A DNA stretch of 62,299 nt, counting the filler, from Choristocarpus tenellus KU-1152 (taxonomy: Eukaryota; Protista; Phaeophyceae), in assembly GCA_964200185.2 (NCBI GenBank). It is 9 parts of 9 records of this genome, joined end to end, with 100 filler letters (N's around TTAATTAATTAA, not from the genome) between each part and the next. Parts side by side here need not be neighbours in the genome. Positions count along the whole stretch, not along the records: positions 33,059 to 42,154 come from CAXNAD020003987.1; positions 42,255 to 46,689 come from CAXNAD020014567.1; positions 46,790 to 50,928 come from CAXNAD020016026.1; positions 51,029 to 53,994 come from CAXNAD020023305.1; 5 more parts are not named here. One strand, written 5' to 3'. Numbering within the stretch: the first letter of the stretch is position 1; each line of letters begins with the position of its first letter. Positions 40,326 through 51,849 of this stretch are shown one piece after another. A model generated the notes under the pieces. That model saw only the letters and a list, made by a program, of their open reading frames with translations, was not told the DNA's origin and ran no database searches. The position numbers were made by a program, and so were the translations under genes.

Positions 40326-40960
40326 CCACCAACCCCTGACCATGTGGCACATGTTTGGCACCTTTGTTGCTCCTGTTCCTCACCTGATGGCTCAGGCACG
40401 TTGTGCAATGAGTAAGTCAACAGCAAGGTACATCCCTGAAACCCTAACCCTTACTCTCCACCAAGTAAAGGTGACTGCTTCGGGGGATGGGCAAGAAGGA
40501 ATTTAGACTAGGTTTGGGGTTATCCCGTTGTCTGTTGTTGTTCTTTTTTTTTTCGGCCGTGACATGGAAGACATGCTTCACCACACCAGCTGTGCATCCA
40601 AGCTAGAGCTTTCAGTGCAATTTTTTGTTGGGGAGTGTTCACATTGTTATTGCTAAGTTTCTACTTGCTTCAGACACAATCGTCCTCTTGAAGAGCTCAC
40701 AAAGGTTCTGAACTGCTGTCCCTCATGCCATATCGTACTCGAGTATTGGCAGTGCTGCTACAGCTCATACAACACTCTCTCAGCATTTTGGCACTTTTTG
40801 CCTCTTTGGCTGCAGCTGGAACCTCAAGCAATCCGTAATATCCCACTCTTTTCTAAACCTGGGTCTTGAAGCACACACAGGAGGAAAGATGGTTGTAGCA
40901 TGCCCCTGCCCGTTGACCCTTCTTCACTACACCCAGGCAACGGATAGATTATGCCCCGTC

Positions 40961-41764
40961 CTAGAAAAACTCGAATGGGTCAGGTCCATCAAACACCGGT
41001 GGTCCTGATTGCTCTATGGAATCTGGATAAGGATCGAACTGGGAGGTATCAGTCGCACTAGACACCTGGGGGATGATTGGTGGGGGAAGGGCTCTGGCAA
41101 TAAGTTTCTCAAATTCGAATCCTGTGAACCACTTGTGAGACTTCACATCGCCCGGCCCACCCTTGAGGCAGCCATACCGCTTGGTCAGGTCTGCAGTCAA
41201 AAGTTTTTTTATAATACTCTTGGCGTTGCGGTCCAAGAACCGCGGGAATGCAAGCTTCCCGGCAAGAATTTGCTGGTACACCTTAAGCGGGTCATTGGCC
41301 ACGAATGGGGGCTGCCCCACAAGCATTTCGTACACTAGGATGCCCAATGTCCACCAGTCAACGCCCTTGCCATGCCCCTTGTTGAGAAGAACCTCTGGCG
41401 CAATGTACTCTGGAGTCCCGCAGAGAGTGTAAGTCTTGAAGTTAACGATTTTGGCGAAACCAAAGTCGGTGATCTTCAGGTACCCCTCGACATCCAGCAG
41501 CAGGTTCTCTGGCTTTAGATCACGGTAGATGACATCAAATCCATGCATGTACTCAAACATCAACATCACATGGGCGGCAAAGAAGCGACCCACATGGTTC
41601 TCAAACCTGTTTGCTCTCCTCAAATGGCTAAAAAACTCCCCCCCAATGACATACTCCAGGATCATGTACAGAGTTCGCTCGTCCTGAAAAGTACCTCCCA
41701 ACTTGACAATGAAAGTGTGGTTCATCATCTGAAGAATCTTTTTCTCGTTAACCATGTGTTCCAC
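40961..41764 (-). CDS. cAMP-dependent protein kinase catalytic subunit (PKA-C/PRKX-like), final 804-nt exon; 5' part absent from contig
   Basis: Acceptor tgcaacag|GTG. Motifs VEHMVNEK, LEYVIGGEFFSHLR, YRDLKPENLL, KITDFGFAK, TYTLCGTPEYIAPE, GHGKGVDWW, DLTKRYGCLKGG, and a C-terminal FxxF (PFEFF*). Confidence 0.95.
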   Translation of the reverse strand: MEHMVNEKKILQMMNHTFIVKLGGTFQDERTLYMILEYVIGGEFFSHLRRANRFENHVGRFFAAHVMLMFEYMHGFDVIYRDLKPENLLLDVEGYLKITDFGFAKIVNFKTYTLCGTPEYIAPEVLLNKGHGKGVDWWTLGILVYEMLVGQPPFVANDPLKVYQQILAGKLAFPRFLDRNAKSIIKKLLTADLTKRYGCLKGGPGDVKSHKWFTGFEFEKLIARALPPPIIPQVSSATDTSQFDPYPDSIEQSGPPVFDGPDPFEFF

Positions 41765-42076
41765 CTGTTGCACGACAGGGAATGTGGTGGTGGAATACAC
41801 AGTATTGGAGCAGTCACTATATATGCATATGCATATGCATATCTTTTTCTGTCACAGTAGTGTGTACTTGGTAATCCTCTTACTCAAGCCATTGATAGCT
41901 TACCAAGTTAAGATAGCTTCAAAAATATGATGCGTAGTCTACCCAAAGTGTGGAAGATTTTTTTGTTTGTTGCTTGATTGATTGAAGTAGTAACCACTCC
42001 CCCCTCACAACGTTTCCCTTCTGACTAACTTGAAACATTTCTCCCTCAAAGTCGAGTGACTACAGAAGAGCTTTCT

Positions 42077-42154
42077 CCCTCAAAGTATCTGGGGGGGGGG
42101 GGGGGGGGGGGGGGGGATAAAAATTTAAAAAAAAGAAGATTTCCGCATGAGAAA
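42077..42154 (+). mobile_element. MITE family B terminus running into a poly-G tract and the linker
   Basis: CTCAAAGTATCTGGGGG... Confidence 0.65.
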
Positions 42155-42254
42155 NNNNNNNNNNNNNNNNNNNNNNNNNNNNNNNNNNNNNNNNNNNNTT
42201 AATTAATTAANNNNNNNNNNNNNNNNNNNNNNNNNNNNNNNNNNNNNNNNNNNN

Positions 42255-42456
42255 TCTCGATTTTGATGTAATTTTGGCTATCATATTTGTTAGGAAGTAT
42301 CAATATCCTTGTTCTGGACACACCTTTTCATAACGTATACATTTTACCTACTCCAAAATATTTTGGAGTAGGTAAATGTCATAAAACCCCCGAGGGAAGC
42401 CAAGCCCCAAATGGACAAATAGGGCAAAACTTGTATCCTCTAAGATACTTTCACTC
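42255..42456 (+). mobile_element. MITE family A, partial (contig edge)
   Basis: Ends TAAGATACTTTCACTC; internal match to family A. Confidence 0.92.
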
Positions 42457-42624
42457 TGTTGAGCAATCAATACGCTGTATCACATCACATGCTACTCTTT
42501 CAAGAGAGATAGTATGAACCCCTGCTACCCTCTCCCCATCTTCCACATCAGTTGAGCAGCACGCACGAGCCTAGTTCTGCCCCAGAATTAAGAACACACA
42601 ATTATCAACAGAACTGCCCTTTGT

Positions 42625-42889
42625 GAGTGAAAGTATCCTAGAGGGTACGAGTTTTGCCCTGTTTGTCCATTTGGAGCTTGACTTCCTATGGGATTTATTA
42701 CGACATTTTCCTACTCCAAAGTGCTTCGGAATGTAGGTAAAATGTATACGTTATGCAAAGGTGTGTCCAGAACAAGGATATCGACATTTCCTAACAAACA
42801 CGATAGCCAAAATTACATCAAAATCGCAACATTGGATTTTGGCCCCAAATGGACGCGGCCCTACCCTACCCTCTAAGATACTTTGGCTC
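42625..42889 (-). mobile_element. MITE family A, full length
   Basis: TIRs GAGTGAAAGTATCCTAGAGGGTA and TACCCTCTAAGATACTTTGGCTC. The flanks do not give a clean TSD. Confidence 0.93.
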
Positions 42890-43364
42890 GTTTGTCTGTA
42901 CTGATTAGTGATTGGGAGCACGACAAGCAATTCATATGAAGAGATGGGCTTTGGAAGAGGGCAAACTGTTTAGCCAACGGATGGATCATCACCTCCACAA
43001 GTATCCATGCGCTTCTGCATATCCTCAGTACTTCCAGAAAAAACAAAAAAGTATATATTGCACTGTGAGTAAATGATAATGGTGACAAATATAATAACAA
43101 TAACAACAACACCAAATAGTAGCACAATTAACAAAAATAAACAAAAAATATTATTGAAATATTACTATCACTAGTAACATGAAGGAGGTGGGGAACATTG
43201 GGAAACAGCAATATTTACTCTAGTGGGATCGAATGGGTGCACCCTCTCAATCTTATTATGATAATCTTGGCACCAAACAATAGCAAAAAAAGGAACTGAG
43301 CAGGTTGGTCTTTAGTCTTAGTCACAGTCAGCACAAGTGTTTATTGAAGGGATCTGAGCACAAG

Positions 43365-43621
43365 GAGTGAAAGTATCTTAGAGGGTATGAATTTTGGTCT
43401 GTTTGTCCGTTTGGGGCTTGGCATTCCACAGGTATTTTATGACATTTTCCTACTCCGATATGTTTCGGAATAGGTAAAATGTATACCTTATGAAAGGGTG
43501 TGTTCGGAACAGATATATTAACACTTCCTAACAAACACGATAGTCAAAACTACATCAAAATCGGAACATTAAATTTTGGGTTCAAATGGACGCGACTCTA
43601 CCCTGTAAGATACTTTGACTC
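43365..43621 (-). mobile_element. MITE family A, full length, TSD AAG
   Basis: aag|GAGTGAAAGTATCTTAGAGGGTA...TACCCTGTAAGATACTTTGACTC|aag. Confidence 0.95.
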
Positions 43622-43795
43622 AAGGTAATGTTATGCGTTCATATACACGCCGCTAATTGTGCTGTTCCCAACTAAGTATAACTCTGCTGCTTCAAGTTGC
43701 CCCCACCATTCCTTTGTCATGAACCGTTTTCTGTCTACTGCTATTTCCTATGGAGTACCCTGTGCAATGCCTAAGCACCTACACATGGCAGCAAT

Positions 43796-44053
43796 GAGCC
43801 AAATTATCCTAGAGGGTAGAGCCGCGTCCATTTGGGGTTAAAATCCAATGTTGCGATTTTGATGTAATTTTGGCTATCATGTTTGTTATAAATTGTCAAT
43901 ATCCATGTTCCAGACACACCTTTTCATAACGTATACATTTTACCTAATCCTAAATATTTCAGAGTAGGAAAATGTCATAAAAGAACCCATGGGAAGCCAA
44001 GCCCCAAATGGACAAACAGGGCAAAACTCGTACCCTCTGAGATACTTTGACTA
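43796..44053 (+). mobile_element. MITE family A, full length, TSD AAT
   Basis: aat|GAGCCAAATTATCCTAGAGGGTA...TACCCTCTGAGATACTTTGACTA|aat. Confidence 0.95.
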
Positions 44054-44724
44054 AATGGCACACTGAAGCTAATTCACAGAGCAGGCAATGAAATCATGCC
44101 TAGATGGTAGCCCACCTGTGTCAATCTCTCGGACTTGCAAATCTGCGCTCCTCTCATGAGATATCACCATTTACCATTGAAGAACTCTACAGCTAGCTAC
44201 ACAAGTTCTCTGAATGTGCATCTGCTTTATTTTTCTAGAAAAGCAAATCATGTTCAAAATCGAATGAACACTCTGTATGGAGAAGAGAAGTTCAGCTATT
44301 TGACTACATTTTTTTTGTAAACTGCGTATTTTTTTTATTTAGCTGCAAACCACTCATTCACCTTTGCCCAAAACCAACAAAAGTAGTAGAGTGTAATGTA
44401 CTCACCTGTGGTATAGTGTTTTGACTGCAGAGTCCCGACTGAGTCTGTTGTGAACAAAAAATCTCTAACTCATCTTGCTCTTACATGCTATGTCAGAAAC
44501 TAGAGGATACTCAGAAACTCAAATAGAGCTCCTCAAATTGACATGCATACATTAGCTGTGAAAAAAAATTGCACACAGGTACCACAACTTTTCACTGTAT
44601 CAGTGTTAACCCAGTCACCCATAGCATTTCCCCCATACCGCCTCACCCAATTACCCCACCCAACTGCCCGACTAGTCTATTGAAAGTTGCCCATAAGGCA
44701 CAAAAAGTGAAAGAATCCCCTTGC

Positions 44725-45008
44725 CTGAACTGTTCCGTCTTCCCTCCCAGTGATGAGACACTGTGCTCCTTCCTGCAATAGATCGAGCCCTGCCATTGCT
44801 GTCACTGCCTCACCACTGCCCCCCTTTCCCCCTCCCCCCTCCTGGGCGCTGACACCTCTTCCATGGAGTTCCCATGTCCTCCGTAGCCATTGAACCGAGT
44901 GTTTACTACTATTTGTGTCTATATCTCCTGATCCACCTCGTCCACCAGGATCATTTGAGCATATCATGTGGCCAATTGTGCCATGCTCTGTACCGTACAC
45001 TATACCTC
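44725..45008 (-). CDS. BBS7: Internal exon resembling Bardet-Biedl syndrome 7 protein (BBSome beta-propeller)
   Basis: GIVYGTEHGTIGHM...RRTWEL...VTAMAGLDLLQEGAQCLITGREDGTVQ resembles the BBS7 pattern LLFGTxDGxL...D+..DG..DLLVGRDDGxVEV (recalled, not searched). Acceptor caaag|, donor CAG|GCAAGG. A possible next exon lies at 44406-44462. Confidence 0.55.
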
Positions 45009-45632
45009 CTTTGTGCTTTTTTCATCATCAACACAAGACATTGGGCATGGTGTGTGGATAGGGAGAGAGTGTCAAGAAGCATGCAACAACGACTAGCGGT
45101 GCTGTGAAGCTGCAAGGATGAGCATATATAGAACAGGAAAGGAACATGCGGGTTGCTCTCCACACGGTGCTTTCTTGAGTTGGGCACTACGGTTAGATTA
45201 GATTCGCGTTTGTATTGAGGAATAGTTTATGTCCCTTTTGAACCACCCTTCAGGGCTCAAGTGGTCATCTATAACTTGTTAGAGGTTGCAAGTTCTGCAT
45301 TAGAAGTTGCAGTTGATAAGAAATATTTTTATCCTTGGGCCCTTGTAGAAATGCAAGCGTCCTGGAGAGTGGGTGGGCATGCTAAATCTAGCTTAATTAT
45401 TTTAATTAGCCGTTATCTCAGGTGAGACCTATAGTCAACCTGGTTGCGACTTTCACCCCTCATACAGAGGTTATGAGCACTTGCTTGATCCCAACAAGCA
45501 TTCTCCAAATGCGCCATAGTCCTCGTCAGAGTCGACGGAGTCTATATTGGCCAAGTAGGATACTCATGCATACTTCAAAGTCAGTACTCATACAAATGAG
45601 GACACATAGGACATTGAGGTCCTAGAGAATAG

Positions 45633-45890
45633 GAGTGGAAGTATCTCAGAGGGTACAATTTTTTCCCTGTTTGTCCATTTGGGGCTTGGCTTTCCACGGG
45701 GTTTTGATGGCATTTACCTACTCCGAAATATTTGGGAGTCGGTGAAATCTGTATGTTATGAAAATGTGTGTCTGGAACAAGGACACTGACACTTCCTAAC
45801 AAACATGACGGCCAAGATTATATCAAAATCGCAGCATTGGATTTTAGCCCCCAAATAGACGCGGCTCTGTCCTCTAAGATATTTTGACTC
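45633..45890 (-). mobile_element. MITE family A, full length
   Basis: GAGTGGAAGTATCTCAGAGGGTA...TCCTCTAAGATATTTTGACTC. Flanks tag/aca do not match. Confidence 0.93.
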
Positions 45891-46063
45891 ACAGACGGAA
45901 TAGAGTGCTGAGTCATGTTCTGCCATGGCCAAGCTCACAATTGGGGCATATTATCAGCTATCTTGAGCCTGAATTTGACAGGAGTGACCTTGTGCTTTCA
46001 CACATGACTTGGATGTACTGTAGATCATACACTATTTCTTGATGGGTGTTGCCTCTTTTGATT

Positions 46064-46248
46064 GACCCAAAGTATCTGGGGGGGGGAGGGGGTCTACGCC
46101 AGGGTGTCTATTTGGACCATAACCAGGAAACGTGTACTTACTTTATCCATCAGACGCATGCAACCAAATCACTCAAAAATCGAGACATAAAAAAGAATGA
46201 CCCCAAACGGACAGTAGATATCTCCCCCCCCCCAAGATACTTTGAGCC
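46064..46248 (+). mobile_element. MITE family B, full length (185 bp), TSD ATT
   Basis: att|GACCCAAAGTATCTGGGGGGG...CCCCCCAAGATACTTTGAGCC|att. Confidence 0.93.
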
Positions 46249-46789
46249 ATTCCATAAAGATCTCCACAGAACCTGGGTACTAACCAGTCACTAGTAGTCT
46301 TTCACAACTTTCTCAAGTCCTTAAATGCACAAATCTCTGAATAGACTCCTGAGTCGATTAGCGATGAGATCTTTCAACCATATGTATACTTGAGTATGTA
46401 CACAGTTGAACATTACATCCAACAGGAACATATGTATCGCCATGTCCCTCCCTATCAATTGAAAAGGACTCCTGTCCCAGCCCCACTCTCGAGTCCTTCC
46501 CTCTCACTCCCTGCAGATATTTTCTCCCCTACTGAACTATCACAGTGGCTAGCATGCAGATATGAGAAGGCAACTAAAGGTATCAATTTCTCTCGAGGGT
46601 GAAAGCCGGATCAGAGTCAGAAACGGACGCCGGCACCCCCCCGCGACACCCCCCCCCCCACCCCACGCCACGCCCCACGACCCCAGGCANNNNNNNNNNN
46701 NNNNNNNNNNNNNNNNNNNNNNNNNNNNNNNNNTTAATTAATTAANNNNNNNNNNNNNNNNNNNNNNNNNNNNNNNNNNNNNNNNNNNN

Positions 46790-46917
46790 GACCAAAATCG
46801 GGAAAAGTGCACATTCTTTATCCATCCAACGTAAGGAACCAAATCACCCAAAAATTGAGACATGAAAAAATTGATCCCAAATGGACAGCCGCCACCCCCT
46901 CCCAGATACTTTGACCC
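46790..46917 (+). mobile_element. MITE family B, partial (contig edge)
   Basis: Ends CCCAAATGGACAGCCGCCACCCCCTCCCAGATACTTTGACCC. Confidence 0.9.
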
Positions 46918-46969
46918 ATTAATCTCTTTGAAAATTTACTACCATCTATATTGAACCACTGTGTTCCCC

Positions 46970-47520
46970 CAAACTTAACATCTAGCAGGAAGCCTTTGTC
47001 CCGGTAGGGGGCTGATCCTTTGTCCGCGAGTGCCCCTGCACGGAAGACTAGATCCACGCGGAAATTCCTGTCTACAGTGAAGGGGCTACCGTCCTCCATA
47101 GTGCAGGGGATGCTCATCCCCTCGCATCGTTAACTTAGACGTTCCACCATAGGGATGTGTTGTCGCACCTGGTCTCCTGCCCTGGGGCAGGTACGAGTAT
47201 GTCTGGTGTTGACATTTTGCCTCCTGCACCCAGTCACTGAGCACCTGTTTGACAGGGCCTCCTCCCTCCCTAGGGATCTGCTGGCGGTGAGTTTGAACTC
47301 TGCCTGGGGGATCTGGCATGCTGGCTCATGGGGTTGTGTTGAGACCCATGCATTTGCCCCTTATCCACACTGGTTCCGATGGCGTGCTAGGGCTAGTGAG
47401 GAGCTTTCCTTCCCCTGTTCCACTTCATTTGGTAGGCTAGCTAATTGTGTCCGGAAGGAGTCAAAACGGATCCTCTTTGGGAGGCGAGTGATCTCGTCTT
47501 GACCCTCCTTGTGATCCCGG
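46970..47520 (-). pseudogene. Possible RLE-type (CRE-like) non-LTR retrotransposon C-terminal relic
   Basis: A broken His/Cys segment followed by EDGSPFTVDRNFRVDLVFRAGAL...FLLDV, resembling the R.D...(L)DV core of restriction-like endonucleases. Confidence 0.35.
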
Positions 47521-49169
47521 CGTCATGAGCTGCCAGAATGTGATGGCATTGTAGTGACCAAAAAATAGCCAACATATGTCCTATTTTCTCCTGTCGAAAA
47601 GGCCCTTTATTCAGTAGTGAATATACAGAATTAGTATATTCTCTAACAAATTGAAAACACTTGCGGGAAAATATGTACCTGTTTGAGTTCTCAGTCCAAT
47701 CATCCAATTGGTCAATGTCCTGGTGAGTTTTTCTGATCTCTCTTCCAACGGAGAATCGACAATCCACATGCGAATTATTTCTTCTATGTAACGTATTCAT
47801 GAAAAAAACTGCACTTGGACGTTTTCTATGCATCTTGACTTCTGACATCTCTTGTCCTCGAGTCATACATAACTCGAAGCCTACCGAGCCCCCTCCACGC
47901 AAACAACAGCCCTCACCTCCCTCGTCGCCACATAGATAGTAGTTACAGAGTGATCGCCAACATTCTTCCTCGCTAACAAGACGCCCTAATAGTAACACCC
48001 CAGGTTGACATAGATTTGCAACCTCGAATGGGTTGTGTTGTCATTACGGTTTGCCTTCTGTAGCTCGGGTGTCTATGCAGAACTTCTGCCTACAAAGCGT
48101 GCGTGATGCATGCCGGGAAGCTTGATTCAGTCATAAACCAAGCCATACCTCGATTTCTGCTCCATGGAGTAAGGTTGCCGCTACTGGGTTTTACCTCACC
48201 TCCCCTCCCTCCACCCACAAAAAACCCCCTCCATCTAAATTAAGGAGGACCGCACAACTGTGAACGCCTTCACAGCAACGATACCCAGTTTGACGCCTTT
48301 CCTTAGGAATCGAGCATGACCAAAGCATCCGTCAAGGCCCTACTCTCTTTCGCCAAGTCCAACGTGGTGAAGATGTGGAGCTTATTTCGTCCACAGAAGA
48401 TGGAGAAGCCACGATTGTGATACCGGGCTTGGCTTGACTCCCTCTTCTTCCGCAAGAAGAGGTGAGGGAATTCAAGTAACTTGGTGGTATAACGACGGGA
48501 ATGGTATCTTGCGGTTACCCAATAAACCTTCCTTGCCAGCATGTCTGATGATTAACCTTCCACCTTCCCTCAAGCCATCAGTCCAATCAACTTCTTTGAC
48601 ACTCCATGAGGGTGTATGAGGATTACAACCTCCGCTGATGTTGTGCCCGGATCGTCGGCCATACATGTGGAAGGAGGCGACGAGGTCTTATCAAGGAACA
48701 GAATTGGACATCGTTGCCACCACAATCGTGCTTCTTGTAACACTCGTGATGGTGACAAAACTGTGGAGTCACGTCGGTTCACGATGGCATCCGAGGCGCC
48801 CTGTCAACCCTTGAAAGCAGCAACAACCACTAAGGCCAAATGAACGGGTAGAGGTGAGCTAAGCAACACAAAAGTGATTTCGTTCCAATTTACTACTGCT
48901 GTATGGTTCTCTGACTCGGCAGATTAGAATAACAAATCTCGACATTTCGAATCTATTTGAAAGTAATGATATTCTCCTAAAACAGGGGAGACCCATAGCT
49001 GCTGTGCTATTGTTTCTGCAGCCCTGGAGGTCACACCACATTACTTGATTTTAAACCTTGTGCAAGATATTCAGTCCTTTGAATTCATTTTTTCCATTCC
49101 AAATCACAACCATTCCTTCCTCCCTCTACATGTTTGCCACAGATTGAGATGTAGAGTACTGCATACTCT

Positions 49170-50700
49170 GAGCTGGAGCGGAGGGTGTGGGGACACCTTG
49201 CCCTTGCACAATATGGACCTTTGACAAGAACGGCATCCTCACGGTTACCTTCTCTGGCACTTCAGACACGAAACACAATGATTGAGGTGTGCTAGATCAG
49301 GACTTGACCCAGAATTTCATGCATGCGTGATATATTCTCTGCATTTCAGAGCAACTATGTATGTCCCACTCAGTCCGTTTCCAGTGTCAGGCAGACACGA
49401 TGATGGAAGACTTGGAGCTTGAGACTCGAGCGTGGGGGGAACTGTCGTTGGCATATGGGTCGGTGCCAACAATGACATCTCTGCTGCTAGTATCTAGATC
49501 TGCCCGCACGCTAGAGACAACCAGCACGCCCTTCCAGTACAGTACCCACTGTGCCAAGCAAGAACTACGTGTCGATAAGGTCAAAAATCGACGTACGTCA
49601 GAAGTTTGTCCTGCAATGAGCCCTACACAAGGTGAGTCTGGATCTTCCTCACTCCTCCTTCACTCGCCATTACAAATGAGCAACATATAGTTACCTCTCC
49701 ACGAAAATTACCCGTGGCAGAGAGAGGCAGCGTTGCAGCATGACCACAGAGCCACAGTCACAGGGTGTTCATCTCACCGCCAACATAACCAGAGGCGGAG
49801 AGAGGAGGCGGTGCAGGGTATTCACAAAGGTACAGAGTACACAACTTACCACCCACACCACCAGTGGCGGAGGGAGGCGGTACTGCTGCACCGCGACGGC
49901 AGAGGATGTCCAGAGTGTCACGGACATCAGCGTCACATAGCCACAGGGTATTCATCTCACCGCCAACAATACCAGTGGCAGAGAGAGGAGGTGGTGCAGG
50001 GTATCCACAAAGGAACAGGGTACACATCTCGCCACCCACACCACCAGTGGTGGAGGGAGGCAGTACTGCTGCACTGCGATAGTGTAGGGTGTTCAGAGTG
50101 TCACAGACATGAGCATCACATAGCCACGGGATGTCCATCTCACCACTAACATCACCAGTGCCAGAGAGAGGCAGTGTACATCATGTGGAGGGAGGTTACA
50201 AGGTGTTTGGAACGTGCTAGTACATAGGAGTGTAGGATAGGATGGCAATCACAACCTTGACGTTCGTTAATCAAGGCAGAGATCCCAGGTTAGCCGCAAA
50301 ACATGTCACCTGATGGCCATGGTGTGAGACAGTGCCGGAAGAGAGGATGCCTGGGAATGAGGCAGTTGATGTTGTCAAGAGGAGCGAGAGTCTTTGGGAC
50401 GTTGATGGCTAATGCCAACCCACTACTTATGACTGAAGAACTGGTGTACTTTCTTTCCTTGACTGAAGCAGTTGACTGGCAGAGGAGAAACACCTCATTG
50501 GGTATACCAATCCTTTCCTAGTCATATCCAAGAACAGTCTTCTTTGCATGCTTCGTGTTGACCGTAGTCGTGGATGATTAACGGTCATCCAGGATCTCTG
50601 GATCACCTGCACAAACGTGTGTTGTTCTCCACCTTTGTTTGTTGTTGCAATGATAGTATTGGTTGTTGGTGTTTTTCGTGGCCGGCAGGCTTTCATGGAT
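49170..50700 (-). pseudogene. Possible degenerate LTR-retrotransposon gag/protease relic
   Basis: VRADLDTSSRDVIVG resembles a retropepsin LD(S/T)G site. Broken ORFs lie upstream. The region contains the 183-bp tandem repeat. Confidence 0.3.
49750..50175 (+). repeat. 183-bp tandem repeat, about 2.3 copies
   Basis: cacagggtgttcatctcaccgcc recurs at ~49760, ~49943 and ~50126. It reads as a 61-aa repeat in ORFs 49733-50149 (+) and 49758-50138 (-). Confidence 0.9.
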
Positions 50701-50732
50701 AATGTTGGGTGAGTTTATGTACAGTGGGCTCA

Positions 50733-50915
50733 GAATCAAAGTATCTTAGAGGGGGTGGCGGCTGTCCATTTGGGGCCAATTTTTTCATCTGGCGATTTCT
50801 TGGTTATTTGATTGCATACGTCGGATGGATAATGCAAGTGCACTTTTCCTGGTTATGACCCAAATGGACACCCTGGTGCAGACGCCCTCCCCCCCCCTCC
50901 CAGATACTTTGGGTC
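50733..50915 (-). mobile_element. MITE family B, full length (183 bp), TSD TCA, nested in the TIR of another B copy
   Basis: ggc tca|GAATCAAAGTATCTTAGAGGGGG...CCCAGATACTTTGGGTC|tca aagtatctgg. Confidence 0.93.
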
Positions 50916-51040
50916 TCAAAGTATCTGGNNNNNNNNNNNNNNNNNNNNNNNNNNNNNNNNNNNNNNNNNNNNTTAATTAATTAANNNNNNNNNNNNNNNN
51001 NNNNNNNNNNNNNNNNNNNNNNNNNNNNTTCATCCCTTAC

Positions 51041-51058
51041 AACCCTAACCCTAACCCT
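51041..51058. repeat. Telomere-like (CCCTAA)n near contig start
   Basis: aaccctaaccctaaccct. Confidence 0.65.
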
Positions 51059-51849
51059 GTTTTGTAGGCTTCAAATACTACCGCCATTCTGAAGGTTGGG
51101 GACAAGCCTTAACTTCAAACACCCCTACAACATACACCTGTTTAGAAATTGTTTCCAAGATCTCTTATAGTTCAAACACCTACAAAGGTGGATGTATTAC
51201 TCTCCCAAGCTCCTCACCGGGTTTCCATACATCTGGACGGACCACAACTGAATTTACCATCTTCTCCTTCAGTATTTTCTAGCAGATCGAACGGGAAGGG
51301 CGGATGGGGGGTTCAAACACCTTTCGTTTGAGTTCCACACAATGTAGGGGTAGGGCAAGAGGCTTCAGAGACTAAATGGAGGATTAGGTTTGGGATACGA
51401 TAAATAGGAAAGTAAAGGGGTTAGGGTCGGAATTATTTATACTCACATGACATACATAGTATAAATACCGAGGAAAAATTTCAAGGGTTAGGGTAAATAT
51501 CATGGTTGCTGTCAGAGTAAAATAGATAGCTCTCAAATTCAAATTAGGGCTGTACATGATGGCATTTACGTCATATTATCGAAACATGATGAGTTTAGAA
51601 GGGAGTCGTGATTAGGGCTAGCAATAGAGGATCTGGGGGAAAGGAGAAGGGGTTCATTAACAGGGTGTCAACCAACATCCCTATCCATGAGCGTAATCTG
51701 ACCAAGAGGAGGATGGTATAATCACTACCACAGCAGAGAATTGGGGTCCTCATTAGTCAACCATTCCCGAAATGCTCTCTGCTCTCTGCTCTATTGTAGA
51801 CATGTGAGAGAGTCACCCATATTCTGGTTTGTATATTATTTAAAAATGA

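Noticed and set aside
19832-41764. Apparent cluster of kinase, elongase and PKA genes
   Set aside because: The genes are on different contigs joined artificially, so no linkage can be inferred.
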